This document shows, piece by piece, positions 27,890-40,234 of a stretch of 64,000 nucleotides of DNA. The notes under the pieces are model-generated. The model had not been told where the DNA came from, made no database searches, and saw only the letters and a list, made by a program, of their open reading frames with translations. Location: assembly GCA_951406725.2 (NCBI GenBank), contig OX597838.1:34658001-34722000 (forward strand). The letters run 5' to 3'. The translations under genes and the position numbers were made by a program. Numbering within the stretch: position 1 is the stretch's first letter; every line of letters begins with the position of its first letter. Source of the DNA: Octopus vulgaris. Its lineage: Eukaryota.

Positions 27890-28473
27890 GGAGTTAAACG
27901 CAGGTGTTATTCAAATTCTTTTACTTCTGACACATGTTTCAAAGATATCATTGGTATTATTCCAAAGGAATAAAATGACGTAAAACAACGTTTTGGCTGA
28001 TATACCCTCCAGCCTTCATCAGGTGTCTTGGGGAAATTTCAAACCTGGGTTCTCATTCCTAAGGTATTTCTCAATGTTGTTATTATTATTCAGGTCATTG
28101 CCTGGAATCAAACTCGGAATCTTGGAGTTAGTACTTATTCTATCGGTTGCTTTTGCCGAACCGCTAAGTTACAGGGATGTAAACACACCAGCATTGGTTG
28201 TCAAGTGATGTTGGGGGGACAAACACAGACACACAAACTTATACACACACACACATATACATATATATATATATATACATATATACGACGGGTTTCTCTC
28301 AGTTTCTTTCTACCAAATCCACTCACAAGGCTTTGGTCAGCCCGAGGCTATAGTAGAAGACACTTGCCCAAAATGCCACACAGTGGGACTGAACCCAGAA
28401 CTATGTGGTTTGTAAGCAAGCTACTTACCACATAGCCACTCCTACGCCTATGCCACACACCCACTCCTACGCC

Positions 28474-28505
<32 letters not shown>

Positions 28506-28772
28506 AATTTAAAAGAGTAAGGGTGAAAAATTCAATATTAATTTGATTAATATCAATTTTAAACCAGTGGTCTAGGATATTAAATTCTGAAGATACAGAA
28601 AAATTATATTACATACATATAAGAGAGATGACCACTACGTGGACATCCATTGTGCTAGAAATAGATCCACCATGGTCTTACCACTAAGAAAGGAATGTTC
28701 TCAAGAAAATTTTAGCAAATGCCAGAACATAAGCGAGAAAGACAAATAAAAAGAAACAAAATATAGATTAAG

Positions 28773-28827
28773 CACAAACTAGTTTCACTATTATTACTAA
28801 CGTAATTGACCGTAGCTCATCAGTGTG
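28773..28827 (-). ncRNA. Type I minimal hammerhead ribozyme (Penelope-like)
   Basis: Reverse strand reads CACA-CUGAUGA-GCUA...UAGU-GAAA-CUAGUU-UGUG; palindromic stem III ACUAGU, stem I CACA/UGUG. Confidence 0.6.
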
Positions 28828-29065
28828 ATCGTGTGATCACACAAATGAGCTATGGACATCGTGTGATCACACTAATGAGCTTATTAACACTCCCTAGGCA
28901 GTGTGGAGGAGGGCTGTCCATTTGTTTGACTAAAATCTTTCAAGTGCTCCAGTATGACTTAAAAACACACAAAAACATAAAAGATAAAAGTTGGCCTAGA
29001 AATTTATAGTTTTAAGATAAGGAGATAAACTTATTGAAATGATTACCTGTACTTTATAGTGAAGG

Positions 29066-29720
29066 TTAGTGAAGGGTATAGTTGTTGTTTTTTTAACTAA
29101 CATCAACACTTATTTGCAAGAAAGAAGATCACCAGAAAACTTTCTTCTAATTTTTCCAAATCTTTTAGTTAAAACTGTATTGAAACCATTTGTGGGGAAG
29201 AAAGAGATAAAATATAACCCAATAATCTTTTCTACTATAGGAACAGGGCCTGTAATTTGGGGTGGTACTTAATTTATCGACCCTGGTAGTGAAGGGTACA
29301 GTTGTTGTTTTTTAACTAACATCAACACTTATTTGCAAGAAAAAAAATCACCAGAAAACTTTCTTCTAATTTTTCCAAACCTTTTTGTTAAAACTGTATT
29401 GAAACCATTTGTGGGGAAGAAAGAGATAAAATACAACTCAATAATCTTTTTTACTATAGGAACAGGGCCTGTAATTTGGGGTGGTACTTAATTTATCAAC
29501 CCTGGTAGTGAAGGGTACAGTTGTTTTTTAACTAACATCAACACTTATTTGCAAGAAAAAAAATTACCAGAAAACTTTCTTCTAATTTTTCCAAATCTTT
29601 TTGTTAAAACTATATTGAAACCATTTGTGGGAAAGAAAGAGATAAAATATAACCCAATAATCTTTTCTATGATAAGAACAGGGCCTGTAATTTGGGGTGG
29701 TACTTAATTTATCGACCCCA
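29066..29720. repeat. Tandem triplication, ~220-bp unit
   Basis: tagtgaagggta(t/c)agttg starts at ~29067, ~29287 and ~29506; each unit ends in a SINE-B core fragment. Confidence 0.9.
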
Positions 29721-29834
29721 AAAGGATGAAAGGCAAAGTCGACCTCGACGGAATTTGAACTCGGAATGTAGTGATAGGCAAAATATCGCTAAGCATTTCA
29801 TCCAGTGTGCTAGCGATTCTGCCATCTCACCGCC

Positions 29835-30053
29835 TTAACCCTTTAGTGTTTAAACCGGCCCAATATATTCTACATGTTTTATATTTGAACTGGCCATATC
29901 TGGCCTCTCACACCTAACCTACATTGACATTCTAAAAATAAATAATCACGTCATTGAAACCGCAAAGCTGTGAGATAATGCATGATTAATTCAAAACAAT
30001 TTGAGTGAAAAAGCATAACATTTAACAGAGTAATCTGAATGCTAAAGGGTTAA
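29835..30053. mobile_element. piggyBac-like MITE
   Basis: TTAA-CCCTTTAG...CTAAAGGG-TTAA. Confidence 0.7.
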
Positions 30054-30575
30054 GCAAATTTCGGTCCCCACATTTGTGCCTTACTATCTATAAAACAGAG
30101 ACCACAACAAGCAACACATATATCCTGCTTGTAACTTTTTGCTTTTATTAATTTCTAGAAAAGGGAAATGAATGCAATTTTTGTCATACATCAGAATTAT
30201 ATTTCTTTGAAAGGTGGCGAGCTGGCAGAAAAGTTAGCATGCCAGCCGCGAAATTTTTATACAAATAATCCATAATCCTTGTCCGGTACCAGATAGCCAA
30301 TGATGATGATGATGATGATGATAGATCCTAAAAATGATTAAGTTTCTAAAACAAAAAGAATCAATGTAATGTGGGGTGAATGCCGAAATAAGACCATAGC
30401 GGTACTACTTAAAAAGAGTGGTCCCGGTGTGCGCACTAGGGTAGTGGCGCATCCGCGCTAGCTAGTCGTGACTAGTCGATCCTTACTTTGTGTTTTTGTA
30501 TTTTATTTACTTTGTTTAGAAAAATTATTTACTTTGTGCTTTTATGGTTTATTTACTTTGCTTTAAAAAAATTAT

Positions 30576-32192
30576 GGATCTTTTCGGTTTGAACGGCAGT
30601 TTTTTCTAGCGGTGTCATATGAAATTGTCACCCATAATTATGACCCTAGTATCGATCTATTGCATTTCAATCTGTTTTAGGGTTAGGGGTGGGGGAAGGG
30701 TATCTTTTTTTCTTCACAAACGTAAATAAACCCAATCTGTTTCTTAAACGAGGGACATATTCATACGGCACAGAATGTTTTTTTTACCTCAATAGACGCC
30801 ACTGATTGGTTGAAATTGCAGAAATTGAAGAAAAAAAAACCAACAAATATCTTACAAACTATAGAATTTTCTCAATAAAGCCAAGAGAAAAAGATGTTTA
30901 ATAAACACATTCTACCAGTATATGAAGTTTAAAATTTTTTAGTTACCTAGAAATTATGTTAAAATCTGCCGTTCAAACCGAAAAGATCCAAACGAGGGAC
31001 ATATTCATACGGCACAGAATGTTTTTCTACCTAAATAGACGTCACTGATTGGTTGAAATTGCAGAAATTGAAGAAAAAAAACAACAAATATCTTACAACC
31101 TATAGAATTTTCTCAATAAAGCCAAGAGAAAAAGATGTTTTATAAACACATTCTACCAGTATACGAAGTTTAAAATTTTTTAGTTACCTAGAAATTATGT
31201 TAAAAACTGCCGTTCAAACCGAAAAGATCCAAACGAGGGACATATTCATACGGCACAGAATGTTTTTCTACCTAAATAGACGTCACTGATTGGTTGAAAT
31301 TGCAGAAATTGAAGAAAAAAAACAACAAATATCTTACAACCTATAGAATTTTCTCAATAAAGCCAAGAGAAAAAGATGTTTTATAAACACATTCTACCAG
31401 TATACGAAGTTTAAAATTTTTTAGTTACCTAGAAATTATGTTAAAATCTGCCGTTCAAACCGAAAAGATCCAAACGAGGGACATATTCATACGGCACAGA
31501 ATGTTTTTCTACCTAAATAGACGTCACTGATTGGTTGAAATTGCAGAAATTGAAGAAAAAACACAACAAATATCTTACAAACCATAGAATTTTCTCAATA
31601 AAGCCAAGAGAAAAAGATGTTTTATAAACACATTCTACCAGTATACGAAGTTTAAAATTTTTAGTTACCTAGAAATTATGTTAAAAACTGCCGTTCAAAC
31701 CGAAAAGATCCAAACGAGGGACATATTCATACGGCACAGAATGTTTTTCTACCTAAATAGACGTCACTGATTGGTTGAAATTGCAGAAATTGAAGAAAAA
31801 AACAACAAATATCTTACAACCTATAGAATTTTCTCAATAAAGCCAAGAGAAAAAGATGTTTTATAAACACATTCTACCAGTATACGAAGTTTAAAATTTT
31901 TTAGTTACCTAGAAATTATGTTAAAATCTGCCGTTCAAACCGAAAAGATCCAAACGAGGGACATATTCATACGGCACAGAATGTTTTTCTACCTAAATAG
32001 ACGTCACTGATTGGTTGAAATTGCAGAAATTGAAGAAAAAACACAACAAATATCTTACAAACCATAGAATTTTCTCAATAAAGCCAAGAGAAAAAGATGT
32101 TTTATAAACACATTCTACCAGTATATGAAGTTTAAAGTTTTTTAGGTACCTAGAAATTATGTTAAAATCTGCCGTTCAAACCGAAAAGATCC
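30576..32192. repeat. Merlin-like MITE whose right half is tandemly amplified (~241-bp unit, 5 extra copies)
   Basis: Full MITE at 30576-30989, then aaacgagggac...gaaaagatcc units starting ~30990, 31231, 31472, 31712 and 31952. Confidence 0.92.
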
Positions 32193-32429
32193 TGATTAAG
32201 TTTCTAAAACAGAAAAAGAATTAGTGTAATGTGGGGTGAATGCCCGAAATAAGACTATAGCGACACTACTGATATGCTACTACTGATATACTACAGACCT
32301 GAAGAGCAGCATGTTAAGACTGCGTCAATAACAACAAAATGCTACATGATCGCAGAACCAACACAGAATAAAAGAACCACAATAAATTACGATAGCAAGG
32401 CTCTATTATCGATCTAAACACACAACTGT

Positions 32430-32818
32430 GGAAGCACTCCGTCGGTTACGACGATGAGGGTTCCGGTTGATCCGAATCAACGGAACAGCCTTCTCGTGAA
32501 ATTAACGTGTAAGTGGCTGAGCACTCCACAGACACGTACACCCTTAACGTAGTTCTCGGGGATATTCAGCGTGACAAAGAGAGTGACAAGGCCGGCCCCT
32601 TGAAATACAGGTACAACAGAAACAGGAAGTAAGAGTGAGAGAAAGTTGTGGTGAAAGAGTACAGCAGGGATCACCACCATCCCCTGCCGGAACCTCGTGG
32701 AGCTTTTAGGTGTTTTCGCTCAATAAACACTCACAACGCCCGGTCTGGGAATCGAAACCGCGATCCTATGACCGCGAGTCCGCTGCCCTAACCACTGGGC
32801 CATTGCGCCTCCACACAT
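32430..32818 (-). mobile_element. tRNA-headed SINE family C
   Basis: Head GGAGGCGCAATGGCCCAGTGGTTAGGGCAGCGGACTCGCGG...GGTTTCGATTCC with A/B boxes; 12-bp TSD ACACACAACTGT at 32418-32429 and 32819-32830. Relatives at ~9095-9390 and ~13900-14185. Confidence 0.8.
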
Positions 32819-34570
32819 ACACACAACTGTAGCAACACGTTAAACATACCATACTTACCACGTTACTAACACATACTAAATCATTACGGTACTATCACCA
32901 CATCAAACAGCCACGCAAATATTATACATGGGTAGCAAAACTCGAACTTCAGTCGAAACACCCAAACCTCACTCCACCTCCCATATTAGAGATAGCAAGG
33001 CTTGAACTTCGATCCAAACACACCACTATAACAGCACTTTACCACCACGTCAACAACAACAACAACAGACACATATTACATGCACAGTCACGGCATGAAC
33101 ACTACAACATCACCAACATCACACGGTATCGGGCGAAATGCTTTGCGGTATTTCGTCTGCCGTTACGTTGTGAGTTCAAATTCCGCCGAGGTCGACTTTG
33201 CCTTTCATCCTGTCGGGGTCGATAAATTAAGTACCAGTTACGCACTGGAGTCGATGTAATCGACTTAATCCCTTTGACTGTCCTTGTTTGTCCTCTCTAA
33301 TGTTTAGCCCCTTATGGGAAATAAAGAAATAGGTATATGGAGACGACAAAGCGAGCACTTACTTCGATCGGTTTTCCAAGCAACTCGGCAATTTTATGTG
33401 AAAGGTGTTTCTCAAATGCTTTGGGGATTCCAGTCCTGGGCAAACTTGTTCTCAATAGACAAATCGGCATTTTCCTTCAGCTGTTTACGTAACCTTCGAC
33501 ACACCAAGAAAAGAAAAGCAAATGAATATAGAACTTAACGGAAATTGGCTAGAAGGCAGGTCTGCAAGTCAAAACGGAAGATAGTAAACAATGTATAAAG
33601 ATATATATATATACTTTTGCGTCTGGGGAGAGTTATTTTCTTTTTGTGCCTTATAATGTAACACACCCACCGGTAAAATTTCCACTTGAGACTATTGAAA
33701 AGGTTGCAAGACGCAACAAAAATTTTAGGAAAATAAAATAAGAAATAGGTGGAAATTTTACCGGTGAGTGTGTTAAATAATAAGGCACTAAAAGAGAATG
33801 ACTCTCCCCAGACACAGCAGAATATGCTTCAACACACGAACTCATATAAAGAATCTTGTAAACCGAATCCCCAAACGAAATATATATATATATATATACT
33901 TGGCTTGATGTATAGAGAAATGTTCTTTTACGTTTATGTATGACGGGATGTAGCTTGTGGACTTATGAGGAATAGTATTTCGTTCTTGTTATTTATATAA
34001 GTGCGCGCAACCCATATAAGGGTCAACAAGAGTAAACACCGTGTACGAAATATCGCTTGTTAACACACATTCCTTCGTGTTAGAACACACACACACACAA
34101 TTTATCTAGTTGTAACCTCTGGAGATGTGCTAGATAATAATATAAAAAAAACACGAAATTAAAATGTAAGGTCAATTACTAAAAATCTCGTAAACAACAA
34201 TCTATCTAAGTGGAAAGATACGCATGTATCAGCACACGCACACCTACATATACACATATATATACGTGTATATATATACATATAGGCAGAGGCAGGTACC
34301 GTTAATCGAAAGGTTAACTTTTATTGAAAAAAGGCATAACTACAGTTTAATGCCCCACCGATTTTGTTGCCTCATAACTTCCAGTGAGATGGATACTTTT
34401 TAACGAAATTTACACCAAATAATCGCTTATATTCTGTAGATTGAGTATATGTCAAGATTTGTTGAAACAATTTTGCGAGGGGTTGGATAGAGGAGTTTCG
34501 GAAAATTCACAGGACCTACTATTTTCCTCCTCATAACTTTCTGGAAAATAGGTATTTTTTAATGAAATTT

Positions 34571-34741
34571 GGCGTAACTTCGGTATAGGTACCGGAAGTA
34601 CCGGATACATTTCAAGAAAGTTTTTTTTTTTTTTATATATATGGGGGGTTAGGGTTAGGGTTAGGGGTGGGATAAAAGGTTTTCTGTTATCTTCAGAAAT
34701 GTAAGCAAAGCCACTTAAGGTACCTATACCGAAGGATCGCC
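34571..34741. mobile_element. Merlin-like MITE (GGCGTAACTTCGGTATAGGTACC)
   Basis: 8-bp TSD TGAAATTT. The same family occurs at ~46127-46279 and ~59926-60078 with TSD AAAGTTTG. Confidence 0.8.
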
Positions 34742-36541
34742 TGAAATTTTATACAAATACCTTTCAAACGGTGTAGATGACGATTACAAAGAAATTTATA
34801 AGCAAAATTTTTGGAAGGGACGGAGGAGTTTCTGGAAAACGAAGTTTCGGATCAGACGGCCCACATAAGTTGGAATTTCTCTGTTTTGACTGGAATTTTT
34901 TCCAATGTTTTTCCACTTCAGTATGATGGGAGGCATCCTTTCACAAAAAAAAAAAATAATAATAATTGAAAATTTTTTCTTCACTCTCGCTACCCCTCAC
35001 CACCCTAGTCCTGACCATTTAAAGTTTTTTTTACTACGCACTTAAAACTCCTGAGAGAAACAATTTCGTTTTTTAAAAAAATCGTTAATAATTGCAAAGG
35101 AAAATATATGATTTAAAGGAGATCCGACTGTTGTTTCTAGCACATTGCAAAACCTCCCTCCCCGTTTCTTTCTCACTCACACATCTATTGATATGTTTCA
35201 ATATTTTTCTCCCCATAAACAAATTTTATGGAATGGTGATGTCAAAGTAGCACGAGCAAAGCCGTGTTATGTGTGTGTGTTAGAAAAACCCCCCACCTAA
35301 AAATACCTTTAGTGTTTATATTAATCTGTCAAATGTAATGCTTATTTGTTCACGTTATTTTAAATTATTCAGATTCAATATTTGCTTGTCTACCTACATA
35401 AAAGAGGGAAAAAACTTGCACACTTTAGCTTTGGTAAGGATTCAATGGCACTAGACGAGCTAGGATCAGCTGAAAATTGCCAGGGATCCTAAATGCTCGG
35501 TGAGGATGCGACCCGCGATGGTTAAAATTCGCAAGCTATAAAGATGTGGTTGCTATGGCAAAAAGAGTGATTTTTAAAAAAATATTTCAGCATTCAGAAA
35601 TAGATACGTTGTAAGGGGAACAACTCAGTAGTTTTAATGATTACATTTTACAAGTAACGACTGTACATAAATATCAAGATTACTTATCTGTTGCGAAATA
35701 ATATGTGCGTGTGCATGTGTGCGTGTGTGCGTGAGTGTGTGCATGTGCGTGTGTGTGTATATGTATGTGTGTGTGTATATGCATGTGTGTGTGTGTGCGC
35801 GTGTATACGAGCGCGAGAGTTGGCTGTTAATTCAATCGAACATAAAGAAATCAAAAAAAGTAGTTAAAAAAGCAATTAATAATTTTAAGAATAATTTCAC
35901 CAAACCTGATAGTATGAAAGGTAGCAAAGCACGATAAAGGATAATAAGAGTAGAAATTAATATTGTTTTTAGCATATAAGGGATCCACTGAGTGGTCTCT
36001 CCTCTTGTCTATCTATATAAAAGAGGAAAAAAACTTGCACACTTTGGCTTTTGGTAAGGATTCAATGGCACTAGACGTTCTAGGATCGAGCTGAAAATTT
36101 ACACACCTATAGAAGGCGTGGGGTAGTTACGGTCAGAGTAGGTTTCAAGTCTCTATCTCGATAACAAAGGCCCGAAACAATGCATTTTCCGCGAGTGAGT
36201 GGATGTCGTACACTATTGCCTTGAGTTGTGTTCACGCAACATGTTGGATTCTACGCGTGACTGTGCACGTGTTTGCGCGAATGCAACGGAAACATAGGTC
36301 GGAAACACGTTCAATTTTTGAGTTTTTCGAAAAACAAAATATGAGTATATACGTAGAAAAATTTCCTGAATCGATTGGAGCAAGTTTGAATTCTCTTGCT
36401 TGAAAAATGCAAATTCTAGCAGTTTTTAGTGTGCCTTTTTAAGGAGTTCTCAGTTGAAAATGGTGTCAAAAAATAGCTCAAAATGACAGAATTATTTTGC
36501 AGACCGAATCGCCGCAAAAATCGAACGGGAAGTGCTCTTAA

Positions 36542-36885
36542 TCTATATATAAAAAGCTGAAGTTGTCTGTGTGTGGCAGGTTTGGTAGCCTTCAACTAAC
36601 ACTATCTCCTCCGAGACCCTGCGGCGCAAGTTGACCAAAATTAAGAGTATGATAGAAGACTTGCCCTTCCTTCCGTAGAAGAAAAAAAAATTCAAATCGG
36701 ACTATGTTAGCACCAAAAATTATTTACATCAAAAAGGTGCTTTTTTTCTATGAAAATCCCGATTTTTTTACTGCTGTTCACTTAAAGAGAATAAGAAGAC
36801 ACATAATGCAAAATTTTTACTTTTCAAAAATTCCAATTCTAAAGGGTCGAAACAAACCCTAGCAACGCCGGGCGATACTGCTCGT
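36542..36885 (+). mobile_element. Non-autonomous Helitron-like element
   Basis: 5' TCTATATATAAAAAG; 3' GCAACGCCGGGCGATACTGCTCGT, a variant of the CTAGT end seen in other copies. Confidence 0.65.
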
Positions 36886-37290
36886 GACTTTATACATTTT
36901 TTACATACAGATTTGAAATTTTGTCAGTGGGTGCTTCATACACCACTGGTTTATAGTTATGTGATTTTAGCTGATCTTGCTGAGTAAATTTGACTTTTAT
37001 GGGCAGGTAAATTTAATTGACAGGTGTAAAAGCAATAACATTATGGATAAACATTAAATTTGAAGTTCTTCATGCATCTTACCTAAGACAATCTGAAAAA
37101 AAAAAAGAAACTTTTAAACGATAATCGATTTTTATGAAATTTTGGGACTAACAGAAGCTAAATGTAACGGAAATTAATTAGTCCGATAATGATTTTCAAA
37201 GTTAACTTAGAAGTTAAATCGTTAACGGAAATGTTAACTTCGTTAATTAACGGACCTACCTCCAGCTCTGCATGTAGGTATACACACGCA

Positions 37291-37385
<95 letters not shown>

Positions 37386-37503
37386 CATATTGTGAGTAAA
37401 TCCTAAATCCCAAAAGAAGCACATTCTAAGTTATAAGCAATAGAGTATATGAATAAAGATAGATATGGTGTTTTATGGCTGGCTTATAGTCCGGCTATAT
37501 CTA

Positions 37504-37551
<48 letters not shown>

Positions 37552-37749
37552 ATATATATATATATATATACATACATACATATTCTCTTATTTGTTTCAG
37601 TCATTTGTGGCCACGCTGGAGCACCGCCTTTAGTCGAACACATCTTTGTAAGTCCAGTGCTTATTTTATCGGTTTCTTTTGCTGAACCGCTAAATTACGA
37701 GGACGTAAGCAAACGATGGTGGTTGGACAAACAGAGACACATACATACA

Positions 37750-37848
<99 letters not shown>

Positions 37849-37949
37849 TATGGGCCTTTCCAAGCCTAGCCAGGCTCATAGGCCCAGTTTCCCGGTTTCT
37901 GTGGCAGCTCAAGAAACAGTAAGAAAGATTGCGAGATAGTTGTACAAAA

Positions 37950-38150
37950 GGGGTCGTTTTTCGCTTCCATAATGTGAGGCCGTAGTTCAGTCACAACTAT
38001 ACGTGTGCCATTGCACAATCTTGGCTGATCCATGTTTCTAAGAAGCATGATGACTGCCCCCTTCTTCAACTCAAGATCGTGTGACGCCATCCCGGACGGT
38101 TCCAAAGTGTTGAGAAATTCAACCGGATAATGAACAACATCATCCTGGTA
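37950..38150 (-). pseudogene. Helitron RepHel (PIF1-like helicase) fragment
   Basis: HYPVEFLNTLEPSGMASHDLELKKGAVIMLLRNMDQPRLCNGTRIVVTEL, a classic Helitron/PIF1 motif. Confidence 0.9.
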
Positions 38151-38525
38151 AATTTCAAACCACTGACCGCCGACAACCCGGGTACGCCTCCTTAGTCCAG
38201 ACCCCCGCAGCATCTCCTGTACCAAGGTCAGCGTTACAAACTTAACCCCCATGAACAGCACCGCGAATCCCCAATTCCCAACACTTCTTCATGCCTGTCC
38301 ACCCCGCATACTGTACGGGTGTGCATCTGCTCACCGCAGACGCACAAATATGTGTCTACTGGTGTACATGTATACGCGTGCGCTCCCATATTCACGTGCA
38401 GCTATGCGTGTTCACGTCTGTGCACATGCACGCTTGCGTGTGCTCGCGCACGTGTTCTCGCGCACGTGTGCGTGTCCTCGTATACATATATGCACGGGGA
38501 TAAAAGTGTGCACGCAGGTGTGTGA

Positions 38526-38592
<67 letters not shown>

Positions 38593-39436
38593 CGCCGATA
38601 TGTAAATGTACATCTACGCAGACGTACACACTCGTTTAAGTGCGGAGGCATGGATGCAGACATATAGGTATATACATGTACACGCATATACATATATATA
38701 TGTTTCTTTATTACCCACAAGGGGCTAAACATAGAGGGGACAAACAACGACAGACAAACGGATTAAGTCGATTATATCGACCCCAGTGCGTAACTGGTAC
38801 TTAATTTATCGATCCCGAAAGGATGAAAGGCAAAGTCGACCTCGGCGGAATTTGAACTCAGAACGTAACGGCAGACGAAATACGGCTACGCATTTCGCCC
38901 GGCGTGCTAACGGTTCTGCCAGCTCGCCGCCTTATACATATATATACATATATAATCCCACATCTCCCACCCCTTCCTACTTCTACCCAACCGCGCGACC
39001 GATTTCCTGTCCATCACGCGGCCGATTTCCTGTTCACCATACAATATCTTCCAAGTAATTGTTGTCGCTGACACACCAACATCAAAGTGCAACACTGCAT
39101 GACCTTTCTTGACCAATCGCAGGTTAACGTCTAGTAATAAATATTAACTCTCTTCAATGGAATTCTCATTCAGACTCAATGGCCAATGACTAGCGACACA
39201 CTGGAAACTCAGAGCACCAAGAAGTTTAAATCAAACTGTTTTGATTCATATATATATATATATATATATTTACGGAGATGTACTCGCATAGCAAGTGATT
39301 TGATCTGAGATCGTGTGCTGAAACGAAAACAATTGCAGCGTGGAAGGTGTTTGTAAGCCATTTAAGAAACACACAAAAGCCGTTCGAACGGCTTTTGTGT
39401 TTTTCTTAAATGGCTTACAAACACCTTCCACGCTGC

Positions 39437-39486
<50 letters not shown>

Positions 39487-39790
39487 CAATAATAATAAAG
39501 GGTAAAATTAATTAATTAACTCGTAATTAATAATTCCACCAAGTAGTATACGGCATGTTAAAAGGACCATTTTTCGGTAAACTTAAACAATATTTTTATA
39601 ATTATGAGTATAATTATAATTAGGGTTCAACAAAAATTTGCTTCACCAACATACCGAACTTTAGAAAAGAGCAGCCAAAGAACCTTAGCTATTTCTTCTA
39701 CTATAAGAAAAAACTCCCGGACAACAAATACTCAAAACAACCACGTAGACAGAGGGGGAAAATAACGAAATTCACTCGGTATTTGATTAC

Positions 39791-39870
39791 CTGTGGACGC
39801 GTTTCGGAATTAGATCGGTATGAAGAATGTAAAATCATACTTCATCAAAACATTTTCCTCTTCAGCACAG
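39791..39870 (-). ncRNA. Type I hammerhead ribozyme (Penelope-like terminal repeat)
   Basis: Reverse strand reads CUGUG-CUGAAGA-GGAA-[long loop]-UUCC-GAAA-CGCGUC-CACAG: canonical core, GUC triplet, palindromic stem III, perfect 5-bp stem I. Confidence 0.75.
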
Positions 39871-39959
39871 AATTCCAAGATTTTAAATTTGAGAGCATTG
39901 AAAAAATTGAACATACCTATCCAATTCAAGTGATATCAGACACACTATATCCAATGACC

Positions 39960-40232
39960 AGCACCAACGAATTTGTCCCTCGTTCCACAGTCAGCCGGAT
40001 TTTTTTGTTGAAGTCATTCCCGGAGTTAACAAAACCCATGTCCCATGGAATGGATAAAATCACTCACCGTTGAAGACCACATTTCGACCACGGGCCCTCC
40101 AGTCTTTTCTCGGCCGAGACGTTTGTCAGCAAAAGCGGGATTAGGACATACGTTACAGCTCGGAATTGTATGTCTTTCTTCCAGTAACTGAGTTGCTCCA
40201 TTACTCATGGTCCCCAGGAAATCCCTATCTGA
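39960..40232 (+). mobile_element. Gypsy pol fragment (RT N-terminus)
   Basis: HISTTGPPVFSRPRRL..K....TLQLGIVCLSSSN*VAPLLMVPRK. Confidence 0.75.
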
Positions 40233-40234
40233 CA

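Noticed and set aside
30990-32192. Regular repeats that might suggest a CRISPR array
   Set aside because: 241-bp units with no unique spacers, derived from a MITE, in eukaryotic context.
32740-32812. tRNA gene
   Set aside because: It is the tRNA-derived head of a TSD-flanked SINE.
37866-38261. Host PIF1 helicase gene
   Set aside because: Isolated ~65-codon fragment among repeats with Helitron-type motifs; the rest of the ORF is unrelated.
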